NCBI GenBank assembly: GCA_963828195.1
Contig: CAWHDT010000003.1
Location: 288,001-352,000 of the forward strand
Direction of reading: 5' to 3'
Length of the DNA stretch: 64,000 nucleotides
Source of the DNA: Candidatus Bathyarchaeota archaeon
GTDB lineage: Archaea; Thermoproteota; Bathyarchaeia; Bathyarchaeales; Bathycorpusculaceae
Shown here: positions 59,427-64,000 of the stretch, in pieces
How positions within the stretch are numbered: position 1 is the first letter of the stretch
Layout of the letters: each line of letters opens with the position of its first letter
Notes under the pieces: model-generated
Database searches by the model: none
What the model was told of the DNA's origin: nothing
What the model saw: only the letters and a program-made list of their open reading frames with translations
Program-made: the position numbers and the translations under genes

Positions 59427-62400
59427 ATGGACAATAAGGGACAGTTCACTATTATTGCGGCTTTACTTGTGGCGATAGTTCTTGCGGGTACATTGATAGC
59501 GGTGTATGCGACAATCCGCTATGATTCAAGTCAAAGTCAAACGCCTCAGACACTAACATCGACCGATGAAACAAACTCAGCAATCCTGAAAGCCTTAGGC
59601 TTTACCGTAGGCTATTACGGCTCAATTCTTCAGGTAACAGGCAATCAAACGTATGCTCTTGGTCAATCGAAGACTTACATGGAAAGCGCTTTGCAATACA
59701 TAGAAAACATGAACCCATCATTGGGCGAATCGATAAACATGACAAGCCTCAACCTTGGCACAACTTGGTTTTCAAACCCAAGCATCAGCACAGGTACGCT
59801 TTCAGTTGTTTATAACTTAGCTGACCTCGGCATCTACGGCGTAAATTACACGACTTCTTGCAGTTTAGGCGTTCAAATATTTAATTCACCAAACAGCAAT
59901 CAAGTATGCCTAAATGTGACCCAGGACTTAAATGAACCTTTAACCAGTTTAGGGCAACAGAACTTTGATTTCTACTTTTACAATTACACAGCTAGCGATT
60001 GGCAGCTAATAAATTCAAATTCAAATCCAACGATTTTCACTAATGGCACATATTTAATCAACATTCCTTCAGAGGTAACATCTTCTTCATTTATGGTTCA
60101 AGTGACTGATTCACGGGGAATAATGGTTGAGGCATCTTCATTCAACAGTTACAACATAAACTTCGGGTTTTCTTCTCAAAGCTCCTCAGCACCCACCTTA
60201 GTTGAGTTATTGCAGAACGGCACTATGCTGTGGTCTGGGCAAGACCTATTAAATACAACTCAAGCCCAACCAATCCCGCCGGTTCCAGTAATGGCCCTTA
60301 ATTTATGTCAAAACGGCGCGACTTCAGATATTCCATTTCAAGTGGAAGATTGGGCATCAGGATATATGATTCCGTTAGGTCTAAGTAGCAATTATACTAT
60401 CTTTAGCAGCGACCAAATGCTCGTTTTTGAAGTAAGTCCCTCAATGTCACAATTGACGTTATGGTGGAACGGAAGTGACACAGCAGTGCAGTCCTCTGCA
60501 GCCTATGTAGACACTTGTTTCACTGTTGGCAGCTCAACAATTCCCTCCCTTTCAAATGGAAACATGACGCTACAATTCAGCTATCCAGAAGACAGTGCAG
60601 GAGACAGCATCTTTCAGGTAACATCGAATGTAAACGGTGTGACTAGCACCACAAATTTCATGCGCATCAACAGGGACAATAGCACGTATGGATCGGGTTC
60701 GCCTGCCTTCATAATAGAATATGGCGTAGTTAGAGATATTGTTCAGGAAGAAGGCGAATGGGGCAACGAGGGGCCTACTAACTGCTCGGATGTTTACTCG
60801 CAAATCGCGCTTACATTTCCAGCGAATGCAACATACTTTACATATCAGCTTAGACTAATTTTCGTAAACGCTTCTACGGCGCCTACGGCCAGCAATATCA
60901 GCGATATCAGTCTAATTCGGCTGACGACTTCAGCAACTCAGCCCCAACAAGCTATAACTGAGAATGGAATTACAAACGGGATTCTAAATGTCACACTCGG
61001 CCCCGGAATCTTTAACGACAGCACAGGGAATAGCCATGATTGGAGTGAACTAATTAATAGCGCATCGCAAGGAGCGGGGATAATGTTCACAGATAGCGAG
61101 AATCAACAGCTCTATGCTTTTGATAATCTGGCTAATAATGAGCCTACAGGGGCAATTAACATAACTGGTTCTATTATTGAACTTGATCCTGTTACTTGTT
61201 TCGCTCCAGTTTTAAATTTCAATTCAGCTTTGGACTTAACTTGGTACGGGGACGTGGCTACTTTTAACGGCGTAAACCCCATTTATAACAGCAGCGGAAA
61301 CTCTGGTATCTGGCCTCTTGTGGCGCAACCGCCCTCGGTGACCATTAATCCGCAATCTGCAGCTTCGACGTCGATAACCATTTCTCCTTCGATTGGTTCA
61401 GGAAATAACAATGTTGTAGTATCAGGCGGCGGATTCATACCTGACTCTCAGATAACAATTACGGTCAACGGGAACACAACTACCACGATAAAGGCAACTG
61501 CTTACGGCGAAATTCCGTTAGGAACCACCGTTTTCATTTCAGCTACTGCGCCGGGGGGCTACACAATCGCTGCTACTGACACAAGTTCTGATTCAGCTTC
61601 AGCAAACTACATAATACCGCCAGTTGAAACCATTAATTTCCAAGTCAGCGGAATCGGCAGTGACGCAGGTTCCTCGACAATTCTAACAATCGATTCAGTG
61701 AATTATACGTACTCCACTCTTCCAGCCCAGTTCAGCTGGCCAGCAGAATCGACGCATACTATAACTGCGTCCGGAGTCGTTGCTGCAGGAGCTGGCAAGC
61801 AATACGTATGGGCATCATGGATTGATGGCGGAGCCCAAACACACACCTACATTGTTCCCAGCGCTAACACTACTGTTACAGCCAGCTTTGGGACTCAGTG
61901 GCAGGTTACCTTTAGCTCGCCTGGTTTAGATGCTTCAACGGCTTCAGGGACAGTTTTGACGGTTAACGGCACTAACGTTGCATATTCAGGTTTGCCATAC
62001 AATGTTTGGGTGAATAACGATGACGGGCTAGTTTACACTTACAATGCCTCTGTTTCAAGCACGACGGCAGGCAAACAATTTATTTTGGGGAGTGTGAGTC
62101 CCGTTTCTCCTTTAGTTGGAATCACTAGTGCGCTGGCAGTTACGGGCAGCTACACAACACAATACCAATTAACCCTGACTAGCAACTTTGGTACAACGAT
62201 CCCTGCTGGAGGAAGCACTTGGTACAATGCCGGCTCCACCGTAACAATTTCAGCAACTGCACCAAATGCAGGGGCTGGTGAGCAGTACAGCTGGAACGGT
62301 TGGGCGGGAACGGGCTCAGGAAGCTACACGGGCACAAATAATCCCGCCGCAAACGCAGTCACCATGAATGCAGCCGTTACTGAAGCTGCCTCGTGGATTC

Positions 62401-64000
62401 ATCAGTACCAAGTTACCGTGACAGCTAGCCCCAGCGGAGCAATCGGTGGAACATTTTTGGTTACCTATACAATGAGTGGAACCACACATACAAACGAGCA
62501 ACATACTACGCCTTGGACTCAATGGATAGATGCTTCTAAAACGGTTACTTTAAGCAGTCCTCAAAGTTCCTTCAGCGGCTACACATTCGGCAGTTACACA
62601 AGTAACCCAGTTACGGTTAACTCGGCTCAAACAATAAGCTTGATGTATTATGGACCTTTAGATCACTTCGCCTTTAACACTATCACCACTCCTCAAACTG
62701 CCGGTACAACTTTCAGCATAACGATTACAGCTATGGACGCCTATGGCAACGTCGTTGCGAATTATGCTGGATCCAACTCTTTGAGTGTTTCAACAGGAAC
62801 TATTAACCCAACTACCACTGGCACCTTTTCGAGTGGTGTTTGGACTGGTTCCGTTACGGTGACTGGAGCAGGTTCAGGAGTCACGATCTCAACGTCTGGT
62901 TCCAGCAAGTCAGGAACAAGCGGCAGCTTCACAGTCAATCCTGGAGCTCTTGACCACTTCGCATTCACAAGCATCAGCAGTCCCCAAACCGCCGGCACAG
63001 CAATCACAGGCATCACAATTACAGCAATGGACGCAAATAACAACATCGTCACAAGCTACGCAAGCTCAACAAGCATAACTGAAACTAACGGCGGTTCAGG
63101 AGGAACTGTTAGCCCCGCCTCGGTGACCTTCAGCGGCGGTCAGTGGTCTGGCTCTTTAACGTTAACTGCATCCGGTACGGGCGCAACAATAACTGCTTCA
63201 GGTGGCGGCAAAACTGGAACAAGCAGCTCTTTCACGGTTAACTCTGGTCCACTTGACCACTTTATCTTCAACACCATAGCTAGCCCCCAGACGGTCAATT
63301 CAGCCTTCAGCATAACCATAAAGGCGGTTGACGTAAACTTAAACACAGTCACAAGCTACACAAGCACCAACACTCTATCTGCCTCCGTTGGAACCATTAG
63401 CCCGGCCACTACGACGGCTTTCGCAGCGGGCGTCTGGACAGGTTCAGTAACTCTTAACACCGTAGGCAGCAGCGTTTCCATAAGCACATCTGACGGCACC
63501 CAAACTGGAACAAGCAACACTTTCACAGTAAGCACTGCACCGCCGGCATTAGATGGCGAGGCATCAACAAACACTATAAGTAGTGGTATTATGACAATAA
63601 GTCTCAAAACCACCAAAGCTAATGATGTGTTATACCTCTCGTTCGTTGGAGGCGGCAGCACAGACATAAACTACATCAATTCCACTGGCACTTCAGCGTG
63701 GACTCAAAGAGGATACGTACAAACTGAAGACTCAACCCATCACTTATCCACATGGTATGCGACATGGACCTCAAGCGGAACAATAACAATCACAATCACC
63801 CTGAAAGGAACCAACACTCATTGTGCGGCAGTTGTATTTGGAATTAACGGAGCCAACATGACTGCCCCGTTTGATGGCAATGCAACAACAAATTACGGCA
63901 ACTCTGCAACAGCCAGCGTCGGCATAACTACGACCCACTCAAATGACCTTATCATCGGGTCTTTAGGAATTGGTATAACAACAGCACCTACAAACGGGAG
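59427..64000 (+). CDS. Giant pilin-anchored adhesin/surface protein (>1524 aa, partial, runs off the window)
   Basis: MDNKG|QFTIIAALLVAIVL class III signal; frame consistent at 62652, 62943 and 63246; absent from the ORF track, consistent with no stop codon; S/T/G-rich Ig-like repeats. Confidence 0.88.
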   Translation, partial: MDNKGQFTIIAALLVAIVLAGTLIAVYATIRYDSSQSQTPQTLTSTDETNSAILKALGFTVGYYGSILQVTGNQTYALGQSKTYMESALQYIENMNPSLGESINMTSLNLGTTWFSNPSISTGTLSVVYNLADLGIYGVNYTTSCSLGVQIFNSPNSNQVCLNVTQDLNEPLTSLGQQNFDFYFYNYTASDWQLINSNSNPTIFTNGTYLINIPSEVTSSSFMVQVTDSRGIMVEASSFNSYNINFGFSSQSSSAPTLVELLQNGTMLWSGQDLLNTTQAQPIPPVPVMALNLCQNGATSDIPFQVEDWASGYMIPLGLSSNYTIFSSDQMLVFEVSPSMSQLTLWWNGSDTAVQSSAAYVDTCFTVGSSTIPSLSNGNMTLQFSYPEDSAGDSIFQVTSNVNGVTSTTNFMRINRDNSTYGSGSPAFIIEYGVVRDIVQEEGEWGNEGPTNCSDVYSQIALTFPANATYFTYQLRLIFVNASTAPTASNISDISLIRLTTSATQPQQAITENGITNGILNVTLGPGIFNDSTGNSHDWSELINSASQGAGIMFTDSENQQLYAFDNLANNEPTGAINITGSIIELDPVTCFAPVLNFNSALDLTWYGDVATFNGVNPIYNSSGNSGIWPLVAQPPSVTINPQSAASTSITISPSIGSGNNNVVVSGGGFIPDSQITITVNGNTTTTIKATAYGEIPLGTTVFISATAPGGYTIAATDTSSDSASANYIIPPVETINFQVSGIGSDAGSSTILTIDSVNYTYSTLPAQFSWPAESTHTITASGVVAAGAGKQYVWASWIDGGAQTHTYIVPSANTTVTASFGTQWQVTFSSPGLDASTASGTVLTVNGTNVAYSGLPYNVWVNNDDGLVYTYNASVSSTTAGKQFILGSVSPVSPLVGITSALAVTGSYTTQYQLTLTSNFGTTIPAGGSTWYNAGSTVTISATAPNAGAGEQYSWNGWAGTGSGSYTGTNNPAANAVTMNAAVTEAASWIHQYQVTVTASPSGAIGGTFLVTYTMSGTTHTNEQHTTPWTQWIDASKTVTLSSPQSSFSGYTFGSYTSNPVTVNSAQTISLMYYGPLDHFAFNTITTPQTAGTTFSITITAMDAYGNVVANYAGSNSLSVSTGTINPTTTGTFSSGVWTGSVTVTGAGSGVTISTSGSSKSGTSGSFTVNPGALDHFAFTSISSPQTAGTAITGITITAMDANNNIVTSYASSTSITETNGGSGGTVSPASVTFSGGQWSGSLTLTASGTGATITASGGGKTGTSSSFTVNSGPLDHFIFNTIASPQTVNSAFSITIKAVDVNLNTVTSYTSTNTLSASVGTISPATTTAFAAGVWTGSVTLNTVGSSVSISTSDGTQTGTSNTFTVSTAPPALDGEASTNTISSGIMTISLKTTKANDVLYLSFVGGGSTDINYINSTGTSAWTQRGYVQTEDSTHHLSTWYATWTSSGTITITITLKGTNTHCAAVVFGINGANMTAPFDGNATTNYGNSATASVGITTTHSNDLIIGSLGIGITTAPTNG
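62652..63530 (+). repeat. Three tandem ~100-aa Ig-like repeats within the adhesin
   Basis: G.LDHF.F..I..PQT...ITI.A.D...N.V..Y...G.W.GS.T...GTS..FTV starting at 62652, 62943 and 63246. Confidence 0.9.

Noticed and set aside
60570-63667. Minus-strand ORFs in the last 3.5 kb
   Set aside because: Antisense shadows of the giant adhesin frame.

Overview
Archaeal chromosomal segment, most consistent with Bathyarchaeia (TACK). This is an inference from class I CCA enzyme, tgtA-PAC2-SmAP3 cluster, tRNA splicing endonuclease subunit, archaemetzincin and stand-alone response regulators. Housekeeping blocks (thpR-cca, mtnA, endA, hisS, presenilin-amzA-beta-CASP-PHP-tgtA, PAC2/Lsm, ACD beta) alternate with accessory blocks: a Cys-rich metal/redox module, tandem cation/proton antiporters bracketed by direct repeats, a treT/treZ/GH57/treY/malQ cluster, an ABC-2 + bactofilin-like operon, and a type IV pilus-like operon ending in a >1500-aa pilin-anchored adhesin that runs off the window. 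Most notable: (1) an aRF1 paralog whose stop-codon recognition motifs are all degenerate and whose GGQ reads GGSSQ; (2) four pieces resembling viral head-morphogenesis genes, each lying antisense just downstream of a plus-strand gene; (3) a pilus operon with near-leaderless pilins and an inverted-repeat-flanked promoter; (4) a small dispersed repeat family. Several short indels break conserved genes, so assembly errors are likely and single-base claims need read-level checks. No tRNA, rRNA or CRISPR array was seen. All family calls come from motif recognition by eye, not database searches.
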